DNA from: Parcubacteria group bacterium
GTDB taxonomy: Bacteria; Patescibacteriota; Minisyncoccia; Moranbacterales; UBA2206
DNA: 64,000 nt
Assembly (NCBI GenBank): GCA_041664225.1
Contig: JBAYLE010000001.1
Location: 68,939-132,938 of the forward strand
Reading direction: 5' to 3'
Part shown: piece by piece, positions 19,660 through 28,077 of the stretch
Position numbering within the stretch: position 1 is the stretch's first letter
Layout: each line of letters begins with the position of its first letter
Position numbers and translations under genes: made by a program
Notes under the pieces: generated by a model
Seen by the model: the letters and a program-made list of their open reading frames with translations, nothing else
Databases searched by the model: none
What the model was told of the DNA's origin: nothing

Positions 19660-19694
19660 GGATAGCTTTTCTAAGCTATCCGGCTTTTTATTTT
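19660..19694 (+). terminator. Intrinsic terminator (9-bp stem GGATAGCTT/AAGCTATCC plus T-run)
   Basis: Perfect inverted repeat followed by ggcttttta tttt. Confidence 0.7.
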
Positions 19695-19723
19695 GGGCAG
19701 TTTTATGGTAAAATATAAAGCGT

Positions 19724-20503
19724 ATGGAACACCGCAAAACTTTTTTTAAACCCAAAGTTGCCATTGTCAGTCTGACGTCTTGTGAGGGTTGTCAATTTGC
19801 GCTCTTAGATTTGGGCGAGCGTTTTTTGGATTTTGCCAATAAAATCGAAATGATGGATTTTCGGCTGATTGAAGATGAAGAGGATGCGGGCCTAAAGCTG
19901 GACATCGGCATTGTCGAGGGCACGCCGATAACTGAAGATAATGTGAAAACCTTGCAAGAGCTCAGAAGGCGGAGCAAAATTTTGGTGGTTTTGGGCAATT
20001 GTGCGGCCATGGGCGGTATCCCGGAGATTAAAAACTATCATGAAGGGGCAAACACTATCAAGCATGTCTACAAATATATGCACGGGATCAATAATCCGGA
20101 AATTAGGGAAGTTGATAATTTTGTGAAAGTTGATTTTACTTTTCCCGGCTGTCCGATCAACGCGGAAGAATTCTTGAAATATATGCCGGAGATTCTGGAG
20201 GGCAGGATTCCGCAGATACCGGATCAGCCGGTGTGTGTGGAATGCAAAGCGGCGGGGAACAAATGTCTGCTTTTGGAAAACAAACCTTGTTTTGGTCCGA
20301 TGATCTTGGGCGGCTGCAATGCAGTGTGCCCGACTTCTCGCATGGGTTGCCAAGGCTGCCGCGGGCTGCGTCCCAAAGGCAACGTAACAGCTATGCGCCA
20401 AGCTTTGAAACGTATGATGACGGATGAAGAATTTGAAAATACAACGGAAATATATGGGCTGCGGGATGATGTGGAAGAGCGGATAAAAAAGGAGAACAAA
20501 TAA
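19724..20503 (+). CDS. [NiFe]-hydrogenase small subunit (group 3-like, FeS cluster-binding)
   Basis: VSLTSCEGCQ N-terminal motif; C-terminal Cys-rich FeS region. Confidence 0.85.
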   Translation: MEHRKTFFKPKVAIVSLTSCEGCQFALLDLGERFLDFANKIEMMDFRLIEDEEDAGLKLDIGIVEGTPITEDNVKTLQELRRRSKILVVLGNCAAMGGIPEIKNYHEGANTIKHVYKYMHGINNPEIREVDNFVKVDFTFPGCPINAEEFLKYMPEILEGRIPQIPDQPVCVECKAAGNKCLLLENKPCFGPMILGGCNAVCPTSRMGCQGCRGLRPKGNVTAMRQALKRMMTDEEFENTTEIYGLRDDVEERIKKENK

Positions 20504-20508
20504 AATTC

Positions 20509-21768
20509 ATGAATATCAAAATAAATCACATTGCAAAGATGGAAGGGCACGCCGGCTTTATGGCCAGTGTGGTGAGAGGTGATGTCAAGTCAGCCAAGCT
20601 GGAGGTGCAGGAAGGCATCCGCTTGATTGAAGGCGTTTTGATCGGCCGTCATTATGCGGATATGCCGATCGTGGCTCAAAGAATTTGTGGCATCTGCCCG
20701 GTGGTGCATAATTTGACTTCCATCAAGGCCTTGGAAAATGCGATGAAGGTGCAAGTCACGCCGGAAACAAAAAAATTGCGGGAAATTATGGAGCTGGGCC
20801 AGATTATCCACTCACATGCCCTGCATCTGTTTTTCTTGTCGCTAGCGGATTTTTTGGATATGGATAATGATATACAATTGATCAAAGAATATCCCGAAGA
20901 AACTAAAAAGGCCGTTCGTATCCGGGAGTTTGGCATGGCAATTGTAAAAGTTATCGGCGGGCGTGTCGTGCATCCGCTGACCAATGAAGTAGGCGGCTTT
21001 AAGAAAGCACCCAACGAAGAAGATTTGCGCAAAATTGTCGCAGATAGCGAGGAGATCTTACGGGAAGCGTTGGATCTGGCAGAGTTTTTTAAAACAATCA
21101 AGATTCCGGATTTTTCCCGTGTTACCGAATACGTATGTTTGGGCAAACGACCAAACTATTCCATTTATGATGGAGATATCGTTTTTTCCAAGGGCCTGCA
21201 TATTCCAGTGAGAAAATTTGAAGATAATTTTCAAGAGCTGCAGAAACAAAACGAAGTCATAAAAAAAGTCGAACATGCCGGGAAAAGCTACATGATCGGA
21301 GCGATTGCCAGGATCAATATAAATCACAGCAAATTAAATCCATACGCGCAAAATTATCTGGAAAGCCTGAAATGGAAATTTCCTGATTTCAATCCGTTTC
21401 ACAATATTTTGGCGCAAATGATCGAGATTATCCATTCAATCGAGGAGTCTGTAAAACTTCTTAAGGAGCTTTTGAATTCGGATTTGAATGAGGTCGTGAC
21501 TAAGCCATACAAAACGAGGCAAGGAGTCGGCGTAGCAGCAGTAGAGGCACCGCGGGGGACGCTTTATTATCATGTTGAGGTGGATGCCAGGGGCTATATC
21601 AAGAATGTGAACATCATTACTCCGACGGCGCAATTTCTGGCTAATTTAGAGGACGATATCATGGAATACATCCCGGGAATATTGGATTTAAGCAATAAAA
21701 ACCGAGAGAGAAAATTAAGGGCGTTTATCCGCGCTTACGATCCGTGTATTTCGTGCGCGGTTCATTAA
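20509..21768 (+). CDS. [NiFe]-hydrogenase large subunit (group 3-like; no C-terminal extension)
   Basis: N-terminal RICGICP and C-terminal DPCISCAVH* Ni-Fe ligand motifs; 419 aa. Confidence 0.9.
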   Translation: MNIKINHIAKMEGHAGFMASVVRGDVKSAKLEVQEGIRLIEGVLIGRHYADMPIVAQRICGICPVVHNLTSIKALENAMKVQVTPETKKLREIMELGQIIHSHALHLFFLSLADFLDMDNDIQLIKEYPEETKKAVRIREFGMAIVKVIGGRVVHPLTNEVGGFKKAPNEEDLRKIVADSEEILREALDLAEFFKTIKIPDFSRVTEYVCLGKRPNYSIYDGDIVFSKGLHIPVRKFEDNFQELQKQNEVIKKVEHAGKSYMIGAIARININHSKLNPYAQNYLESLKWKFPDFNPFHNILAQMIEIIHSIEESVKLLKELLNSDLNEVVTKPYKTRQGVGVAAVEAPRGTLYYHVEVDARGYIKNVNIITPTAQFLANLEDDIMEYIPGILDLSNKNRERKLRAFIRAYDPCISCAVH

Positions 21769-21786
21769 TTTTTAAAATAAAAAATT

Positions 21787-22161
21787 ATGACAGAATTAAA
21801 CCAGGTTTATAAATGCAATGTCTGCGGCAATATGGTCGAAAGTATTCATATTGGTGTTGGAGAGCTGGTTTGTTGCGGTCAGCCGATGGATCTTCGAGTG
21901 GAAAAAAACGAAGGCGAGGGCCAGGAAAAACACATACCCATTATAGAGAGGACCAGTGATGGAGTAATTGTGAGCGTTGGAAGCAAGCCGCATCCGATGG
22001 AGTCCGAACACTACATAGAATGGATCGAAATTGTCACTGAACATCGGACATACAGGAAACAATTGGAGCCCAATATGGATCCGCAGGCTGAATTTTTTCT
22101 GGAAGCGGAACATATCCAGGCTCGGGCCTATTGTAATTTGCATGGTTTGTGGACCTCTTAA
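21787..22161 (+). CDS. dfx: Desulfoferrodoxin (2Fe superoxide reductase)
   Basis: YKCNVCGNMVE...CCG desulforedoxin centre plus H/H/C/H neelaredoxin-type centre II region. Confidence 0.85.
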   Translation: MTELNQVYKCNVCGNMVESIHIGVGELVCCGQPMDLRVEKNEGEGQEKHIPIIERTSDGVIVSVGSKPHPMESEHYIEWIEIVTEHRTYRKQLEPNMDPQAEFFLEAEHIQARAYCNLHGLWTS

Positions 22162-22166
22162 AAGAT

Positions 22167-22439
22167 ATGCATGATTTTTTATTAGCTAAAGAAATAATCG
22201 ATAACGTTTTAAAAATTGTTGAAGAAAAAAAACTTGAGCATATCCAAAGCGTTGATTTTGAGATTGGCATGATTGCTCTCGCGCACGATGGATTTTCCGA
22301 GCACGTAGAAGACATCAATATTGAAAATCTGGAATTTGGGCTTGTTAGTATTGCGAAAAACACAATCTTAAAAGACACGGCATTTAATATTAAAAAAGTC
22401 GAGGGGGATTCTTGGAAAATAACAAAAATTAAAATATAA
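22167..22439 (+). CDS. HypA-like nickel metallochaperone lacking the Zn-finger cysteines
   Basis: Starts MHDFLLAKEII (HypA MHE-type N-terminus) and matches the HypA N-domain pattern (VDFEIGMIA); no CxxC pairs; ORF opens at 22149. Confidence 0.45.
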   Translation: MHDFLLAKEIIDNVLKIVEEKKLEHIQSVDFEIGMIALAHDGFSEHVEDINIENLEFGLVSIAKNTILKDTAFNIKKVEGDSWKITKIKI

Positions 22440-22443
22440 AATT

Positions 22444-23442
22444 ATGACAAAAATCGCAATTAACGGTTTTGGCCGGATCGGTCGGCCGTCGTTCAAAATC
22501 GCTTTTGAAAAAGATGATTTGGAAATTGTGGCGATCAATGATCTCACGGACTTGAAAACTGCGGCACATCTTTTGAAGCATGATTCTTCCTATGGACATT
22601 ATGGGAGAAACGTTGAAATTAACGAGGCAAGTTCAGAACTGATCGTGGATGGCAAAAATATAAAATATCTGATGGAAGCTAATCCGGAAAAACTGCCCTG
22701 GCATGATCTGGAAGTGGATGTGGTTTTGGAATGCACCGGGATTTTTAATGATCGTGACGGAGCGCAAAAGCATTTAATGGCCGGCGCGCGCAAAGTTATC
22801 TTATCGGCTCCGCCCAAAGGCGATATCCCGGTCTATATTATTGGCATCAATGAAAATGAATACAATTCTGAAAAGGATAACATTATTTCCAACGGTTCAT
22901 GTACGACCAATTGTCTAGCGCCGATGATCAAAGTTTTGGACGATAATTTTGGCGTGGAAAAGGGTTTTATGACCACAACACATTCATACACTAATGACCA
23001 GCGTTTGCAGGATCTTCCACACAAAGATTTAAGAAGGGCTCGCGCTGCGGCTTTAAATATTATTCCAACCACGACTGGTGCGGCCAAAACCGTCGGTAAA
23101 GTTATGAAGCACCTAGCTGGGCAATTAGATGGAATTTCTCTTCGTGTTCCGACTCCGGTAGTTTCCATCGTTGATTTTATCTGCATGCTCAAAAAAGAGG
23201 CGACTGTGGAGGAGATAAATTCAGCTTATAAAAAAGCGGCCGAAGGCGAACTAAAGGGAATTTTAAACGCGACCGAAGAAGAACTGGTTTCGATGGATTT
23301 CAAAGGCGATCCTCATTCTGGCATTGTTGATTTGCCGCTGACGATGGCCAATGGAAACATGGCGAAAGTTGTTGGGTGGTATGACAATGAATGGGGATAT
23401 TCCAATAGATTAGTGGAGATGGCGGAATATATATCAAAATAA
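22444..23442 (+). CDS. gap: Glyceraldehyde-3-phosphate dehydrogenase
   Basis: INGFGRIGR, SCTTNCLAP motifs. Confidence 0.96.
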   Translation: MTKIAINGFGRIGRPSFKIAFEKDDLEIVAINDLTDLKTAAHLLKHDSSYGHYGRNVEINEASSELIVDGKNIKYLMEANPEKLPWHDLEVDVVLECTGIFNDRDGAQKHLMAGARKVILSAPPKGDIPVYIIGINENEYNSEKDNIISNGSCTTNCLAPMIKVLDDNFGVEKGFMTTTHSYTNDQRLQDLPHKDLRRARAAALNIIPTTTGAAKTVGKVMKHLAGQLDGISLRVPTPVVSIVDFICMLKKEATVEEINSAYKKAAEGELKGILNATEEELVSMDFKGDPHSGIVDLPLTMANGNMAKVVGWYDNEWGYSNRLVEMAEYISK

Positions 23443-23454
23443 ACAAATAATTTT

Positions 23455-25026
23455 ATGTATGACATCATTATAAAAAACGGAACCATCATCGACGGTACGG
23501 GGAAGCCGATGTACAAGGCAGACATCGGGATTAAAGAAGATAAAATTGTAAAAATCGGTCAGCTGCATAATGAAAAATGGGAGATCGAAATTGATGCAAC
23601 AGATAAATTGGTCTGTCCTGGATTTGTTGATGTTAACAATCACAGCGATGCTTATTGGGAGATTTTTAAAAATCCAGATCTTGAAAGCTTGGTTTACCAA
23701 GGCGTGACGACGATTGTTGGAGGGAACTGCGGTTCGTCACTGGCGCCTCTTGCTGACGCGCAAACGCTTGCTTCGATTCAAAAGTGGGCCAATATAAACC
23801 AAGTTAATTTTAACTGGTTGAAGCTTTCTGAATTTTTGGACGTCATTGAGGATAAAAAATTATCAGTTAATTTTGCGACTTTAGTCGGTCATGGCACCTT
23901 ACGAAGAGGTATCCTTAAAGATCAGATGAGAAATCCGAACCCCAAAGAGGAGGCCTTTATTGAAAAAATGCTTGCGGGCTCATTGAAAGAAGGGGCACTG
24001 GGGATGTCATCGGGCTTGGTTTATACACATGCGCGTTCTGCCACTACGGAAGAGCTCATAAAATTGGCGAAAATTATTAAAAAATATAATGGTGTCTACG
24101 TGTCGCATATACGCAACGAGAGAGAGGGATTTATTGAAGCAGTTGAAGAAGCCATTCGAGTTGCCGAAGAATCAAAAGTCAAACTTCATATTTCCCATTT
24201 GAAAGTTATGGGTGAAAAAAATTGGTACTTCATGGATGAAGCTTTATTTCGTCTAGGGAAGGCTAAAGAAAGAGGACTGGACGTAACTTTTGATGTTTAT
24301 CCATATACCAATACGGGAACAGTTTTGTATACGTTGCTTCCTAACTGGGTAAGTGATGGGGGTAAAAAGATGATGCTTAGCCGGCTGCGCGATCCCTTGA
24401 TCCGCACCAAGGTCGTGGAGGAAATGAGAGAGTCTGGATTTGATTTTTCTAAAATTGAAATCGCAATCTCTTCTCTGGGCAAAACTCTTGCCAGGCGAAG
24501 CATACGAGAAATAGCGGAAGCACAAGAAAAATCAGTGGAAGACGCGGTGGCCGATATTTTAATTGCTTCCGAGGGTAGAGTTATTACTTCTATGGAAGTC
24601 TTAAGCGAAGAAAATATTGAAAAAGCTATATTGAGTCCGCTGGCGATAATTAGCAGCAATGGTTCGGGTTACAACATAGCACATTCGAAAACGGGTGAAT
24701 TGGTTCATCCAAGAAGTTTTGGTGCGTTTGCGAAAATTTTTGCCAAATATGTTTTGGGTAAAAGAATTTTGAGTTGGGAGGAGGCAGTTAGAAAAATGAC
24801 ATCCGCGCCAGCGCAAAAATTCGGCATTGAAAAAAGAGGAGAAATAGCTGAAAAATATTTTGCTGACATCGTGGTTCTCAATAGTGACACGATTTCGGAT
24901 TTGGCTACCGTTGATAATCCTTACCAATATAGCAAGGGGATAGAGGTCGTCTTGGTTAACGGTCAGCTTGTTGTGGCTGACGGCAAGTATACGGGCATAC
25001 GTAACGGAGAAGTAATAAAGAGATAA
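23455..25026 (+). CDS. N-acyl-D-amino-acid deacylase (D-aminoacylase) family amidohydrolase
   Basis: MYDIIIKNGTIIDGTG...PGFVDVNNHSD signature of D-aminoacylase-type amidohydrolases. Confidence 0.75.
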   Translation: MYDIIIKNGTIIDGTGKPMYKADIGIKEDKIVKIGQLHNEKWEIEIDATDKLVCPGFVDVNNHSDAYWEIFKNPDLESLVYQGVTTIVGGNCGSSLAPLADAQTLASIQKWANINQVNFNWLKLSEFLDVIEDKKLSVNFATLVGHGTLRRGILKDQMRNPNPKEEAFIEKMLAGSLKEGALGMSSGLVYTHARSATTEELIKLAKIIKKYNGVYVSHIRNEREGFIEAVEEAIRVAEESKVKLHISHLKVMGEKNWYFMDEALFRLGKAKERGLDVTFDVYPYTNTGTVLYTLLPNWVSDGGKKMMLSRLRDPLIRTKVVEEMRESGFDFSKIEIAISSLGKTLARRSIREIAEAQEKSVEDAVADILIASEGRVITSMEVLSEENIEKAILSPLAIISSNGSGYNIAHSKTGELVHPRSFGAFAKIFAKYVLGKRILSWEEAVRKMTSAPAQKFGIEKRGEIAEKYFADIVVLNSDTISDLATVDNPYQYSKGIEVVLVNGQLVVADGKYTGIRNGEVIKR

Positions 25027-25029
25027 AAA

Positions 25030-26424
25030 ATGATCATCGGTGATCTAAAAAATAAAAAAGTCACAGTGATGGGGCTTGGTCTCCATGGCGGCGGAATTGG
25101 CACCGTACGTTTTTTGGTTGCTGCCGGAGCAAAGGTAATTGTTACGGATTTGAAATCTATGGAAGAATTGGCTCCATCTCTAGAAAAATTAAAAGATTTG
25201 AAGGGCGTCGAATATGTTTTGGGGCAGCACCGCTCAGAAGATTTCACTTCAGTTGACACGGTGATGATGAATCCTGCAGTTTCTTGGAATAACAAGCACA
25301 TAAAACTAGCTCTTGAGAAAAAGATTCCGGTAGAAATTGATTCCAGCCTTTTCTTTAAGCTCTGCAAAAATCCTATCGTCGGAGTGACTGGGACTAGGGG
25401 GAAGACTACGGCCGCCAGCTTGATTTATGAAATTTTGAAGGTTGCTGGTAAAAATCCGATCAAAGTCGGTATTGGTCAGATTTCTGTTTTAGATAAATTG
25501 AAAGAGCTCAAAAAGGACAGCATCGTAATTTTTGAACTTTCTAGCTGGCGACTTTCCGCCCTGGGTAGATATAAATTGAGTCCAAAGATTTCTGTCATTA
25601 CCAACATCTATCCTGATCACTTGAATTATTATAAATCGATGAAAGAATACATCGCGGATAAGAAAAATATTTTTTTAAATCAGAAAGCTAGTGGTGTGTG
25701 CGTGATTAATTATGACAGTGAAATTTTGCGCAGTTTGGAACCGGAGATAAAAGCGGAGGTCATAAAATTTTCTATGCAGAAAATTTCTAACGGCAAAACG
25801 GTTTATATTGATAATGAAGAAGTTTATCTGAACAACGGCATAGACGATAAAAAAATTATGGATGTTTCGGCAATAAAAATTCGCGGACGACATAATTTAC
25901 AAAATATTTTGGCAAGCATCGGAGCTGCACAGGCGCTGGGCGTGGACATGAATTATATAAAAAAAGGCATTTTAGAGTTTAAGGACTTGCCGCATCGTTT
26001 GGAGTTTGTGAGAGAGTTGGATGGCGCGAAATATTACAATGACACCTGTGCCACTTCACCGGAGGGTGCGATTGCTGGAATTAATTCTTTCACGGAACCG
26101 ATTATTTTGATTGCAGGCGGCAGTGACAAAAATTTGAATATGAGAGGGTGGGCCCAAGCTATCCATGAAAAAGCCAAGGGCGTTATTTTTTTGAAAGGCG
26201 AGGGGACAAATAAAATCATTTCAGAGCTTAGAAAAATTTTTAATGATCCGGAAAAAGATTTTACCATTGTGGAATCAATGGAGAAAGCTGTAGAATTAGC
26301 CAAAAATTCGGTGGAAAAAGGAGATGTGGTCTTGCTGTCTCCCGGGGCAGCCAGTTTCGGTTTGTTTATCAATGAATTTGATCGGGGGAACAAATTCAAG
26401 GAAGCGGTGAAAAATTTGAAATAA
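25030..26424 (+). CDS. murD: UDP-N-acetylmuramoylalanine--D-glutamate ligase
   Basis: VTGTRGKTT P-loop; Mur ligase domain order. Confidence 0.9.
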   Translation: MIIGDLKNKKVTVMGLGLHGGGIGTVRFLVAAGAKVIVTDLKSMEELAPSLEKLKDLKGVEYVLGQHRSEDFTSVDTVMMNPAVSWNNKHIKLALEKKIPVEIDSSLFFKLCKNPIVGVTGTRGKTTAASLIYEILKVAGKNPIKVGIGQISVLDKLKELKKDSIVIFELSSWRLSALGRYKLSPKISVITNIYPDHLNYYKSMKEYIADKKNIFLNQKASGVCVINYDSEILRSLEPEIKAEVIKFSMQKISNGKTVYIDNEEVYLNNGIDDKKIMDVSAIKIRGRHNLQNILASIGAAQALGVDMNYIKKGILEFKDLPHRLEFVRELDGAKYYNDTCATSPEGAIAGINSFTEPIILIAGGSDKNLNMRGWAQAIHEKAKGVIFLKGEGTNKIISELRKIFNDPEKDFTIVESMEKAVELAKNSVEKGDVVLLSPGAASFGLFINEFDRGNKFKEAVKNLK

Positions 26425-26498
26425 GCCAACTTTTTGGCTATAGGAATTGACTATAGACAGGTTTTATTTTATTTGATACAATTAGTTACAGTTTTTTT

Positions 26499-26537
26499 GG
26501 CCCTTAGCTTAGTTCCCGCCAGAGGCGGGCAGGGTCC
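26499..26537 (+). pseudogene. tRNA-Ala-derived mini element: acceptor/D-arm 5' segment (identical 16 nt to tRNA-Ala) + CCCGCC-AGA-GGCGGG hairpin + AGGGTCC 3' acceptor segment
   Basis: ggcccttagcttagtt at 26499-26514 is identical to 26582-26597; agggtcc is shared with the tRNA-Ala 3' end. Confidence 0.5.
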
Positions 26538-26580
26538 GAGCGCCGTAATAAAAGTGAGTTTTACAATCCGAATGTTATCT

Positions 26581-26653
26581 GGGCCCTTAGCTTAGTTGGT
26601 AGAGCGCCTCGTTTGCACCGAGGAGGTCAGGAGTTCGAATCCCCTAGGGTCCA
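26581..26653 (+). tRNA. tRNA-Ala (anticodon TGC)
   Basis: Cloverleaf readable; anticodon loop TTTGCAC; G3:U70 alanine identity pair. Confidence 0.85.
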
Positions 26654-26677
26654 CAAATATGCTAAAATATGAAAAAT

Positions 26678-26751
26678 GGGCGATTAGCTCAGCTGGTTAG
26701 AGCGCGTCACTGATAATGACGAGGTCCGAGGTTCGAGTCCTCGATCGCCCA
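26678..26751 (+). tRNA. tRNA-Ile (anticodon GAT)
   Basis: Cloverleaf readable; anticodon loop CTGATAA; acceptor GGGCGAT/ATCGCCC. Confidence 0.85.
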
Positions 26752-26777
26752 CAAAATAAGCTAAAAAACACCATTTT

Positions 26778-26845
26778 TTTGATGTCTTGACATTAAAGTT
26801 AGAATACTGTAAGCTGAAAGTAATAAAAGCCCCGAGGGCTTTTTA
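26778..26845 (+). promoter_or_regulatory. Putative promoter (TTGACA 26787-26792, 17-nt spacer, TAAGCT) followed by leader hairpin AGCCC-CGA-GGGCT+TTTTT (26827-26845) upstream of secE
   Basis: Direct reading; the hairpin could terminate the tRNA transcript or attenuate secE-nusG. Confidence 0.35.
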
Positions 26846-26860
26846 AAAAACCTCAAAAAT

Positions 26861-27046
26861 ATGAATAAAATAACTCAATTTTTAAGAGAGGCTAAGGCGG
26901 AACTTTTGAAAGTAAATTGGCCTTCGAGGCAGCAGTCTATAAACTATACTTTGATGGTTATTGCTATCAGCATAGTTGTGGCTCTTTTTCTTGGAGGATT
27001 AGATTATTTTTTTGGTTACATTTTAAAAACTTTTATCGTAAAATAA
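26861..27046 (+). CDS. secE: Preprotein translocase subunit SecE
   Basis: 61 aa single-TM protein immediately upstream of nusG. Confidence 0.85.
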   Translation: MNKITQFLREAKAELLKVNWPSRQQSINYTLMVIAISIVVALFLGGLDYFFGYILKTFIVK

Positions 27047-27047
27047 T

Positions 27048-27593
27048 ATGGCAAAACAAACGCAACATCACGGCAGAGCTTGGTATGTTATCCATACCTA
27101 CAGCGGATATGAGGATAATGTGGCGAGAAATCTGAAACAAAGGATAGAATCCATGGATATGCAAGATCTGATTTTCGAAGTGATGGTTCCGATTGAGAAA
27201 AAAATAAAGATAAAGGCTGGCAAAAGAACAGTGGTTGAAGAAAAAATCTACCCAGGCTATGTATTGGTAGAAATGATCGTAACAGACGCGTCTTGGTATG
27301 TGGTACGCAATACTCCAAACGTAACGGGATTTATCGGTTTGGGTACTACACCGACTCCGGTTGATCCTGCCGAAATCGAGATGCTTAAGAAAAGAATGGG
27401 CGTGGCTGAGCCGAAATATAAAATTGATGTTAAAGTCGGAGAATCAGTTAAAATTATTGATGGACCATTCAAAGATTTCGATGGCAAGGTAGACGAGGTA
27501 GATGAAGCCAAGGGCAAGGTCAAAGTGTTAGTTTCTATCTTTGGTCGGGAAACCCCAGTAGAATTAGACTTCTTACAAATTAATAAGATATAA
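27048..27593 (+). CDS. nusG: Transcription termination/antitermination factor NusG
   Basis: NGN domain ([11 protein letters not shown]) plus KOW ([10 protein letters not shown]). Confidence 0.94.
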   Translation: MAKQTQHHGRAWYVIHTYSGYEDNVARNLKQRIESMDMQDLIFEVMVPIEKKIKIKAGKRTVVEEKIYPGYVLVEMIVTDASWYVVRNTPNVTGFIGLGTTPTPVDPAEIEMLKKRMGVAEPKYKIDVKVGESVKIIDGPFKDFDGKVDEVDEAKGKVKVLVSIFGRETPVELDFLQINKI

Positions 27594-27601
27594 AAAAGTA
27601 T

Positions 27602-28024
27602 ATGGCTAAAAAGATTAAAACAGTTATCAAATTGCAAATCCAAGCTGGTAAGGCTAATCCAGCACCGCCAGTCGGGCCAGCGCTTGGTCAGCACGGTGTA
27701 AATATTCAGGAATTTTGCACCAAATTTAATGAGGCGACTAAAGACAAGATGGGAGACATTATTCCAGCTGAAATCACTGTGTTTGAAGACCGGACCTTTA
27801 CTTTTGTTCTGAAGACTCCGCCTGCTTCTGATTTGCTGCGCAAGGCGGCAAAAATCGAAAAGGGTGCTGGAAATCCACTGAAAGACAATGTTGGAAAAAT
27901 AACCAAGGCGCAGTTGCGTGAAATAGCGGAAAAGAAAATGTCGGATCTGAACGCTAATGATGTCGATGCAGCCGAAAAAATAATTGCTGGCACAGCCAGA
28001 TCAATGGGGGTTAAGATCGAATAA
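27602..28024 (+). CDS. rplK: 50S ribosomal protein L11
   Basis: [16 protein letters not shown] motif. Confidence 0.96.
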   Translation: MAKKIKTVIKLQIQAGKANPAPPVGPALGQHGVNIQEFCTKFNEATKDKMGDIIPAEITVFEDRTFTFVLKTPPASDLLRKAAKIEKGAGNPLKDNVGKITKAQLREIAEKKMSDLNANDVDAAEKIIAGTARSMGVKIE

Positions 28025-28077
28025 TTTTTTAATTTGCGGGAGCTAGCCTTGGGCTGACGTTAAAACCGCGAAAATAT

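Noticed and set aside
19892-20401. 169-aa minus-strand ORF (and 20224-20550) inside the hydrogenase small-subunit gene
   Set aside because: Long antisense ORFs are expected in this GC-richer segment; the sense strand has clear hydrogenase motifs.
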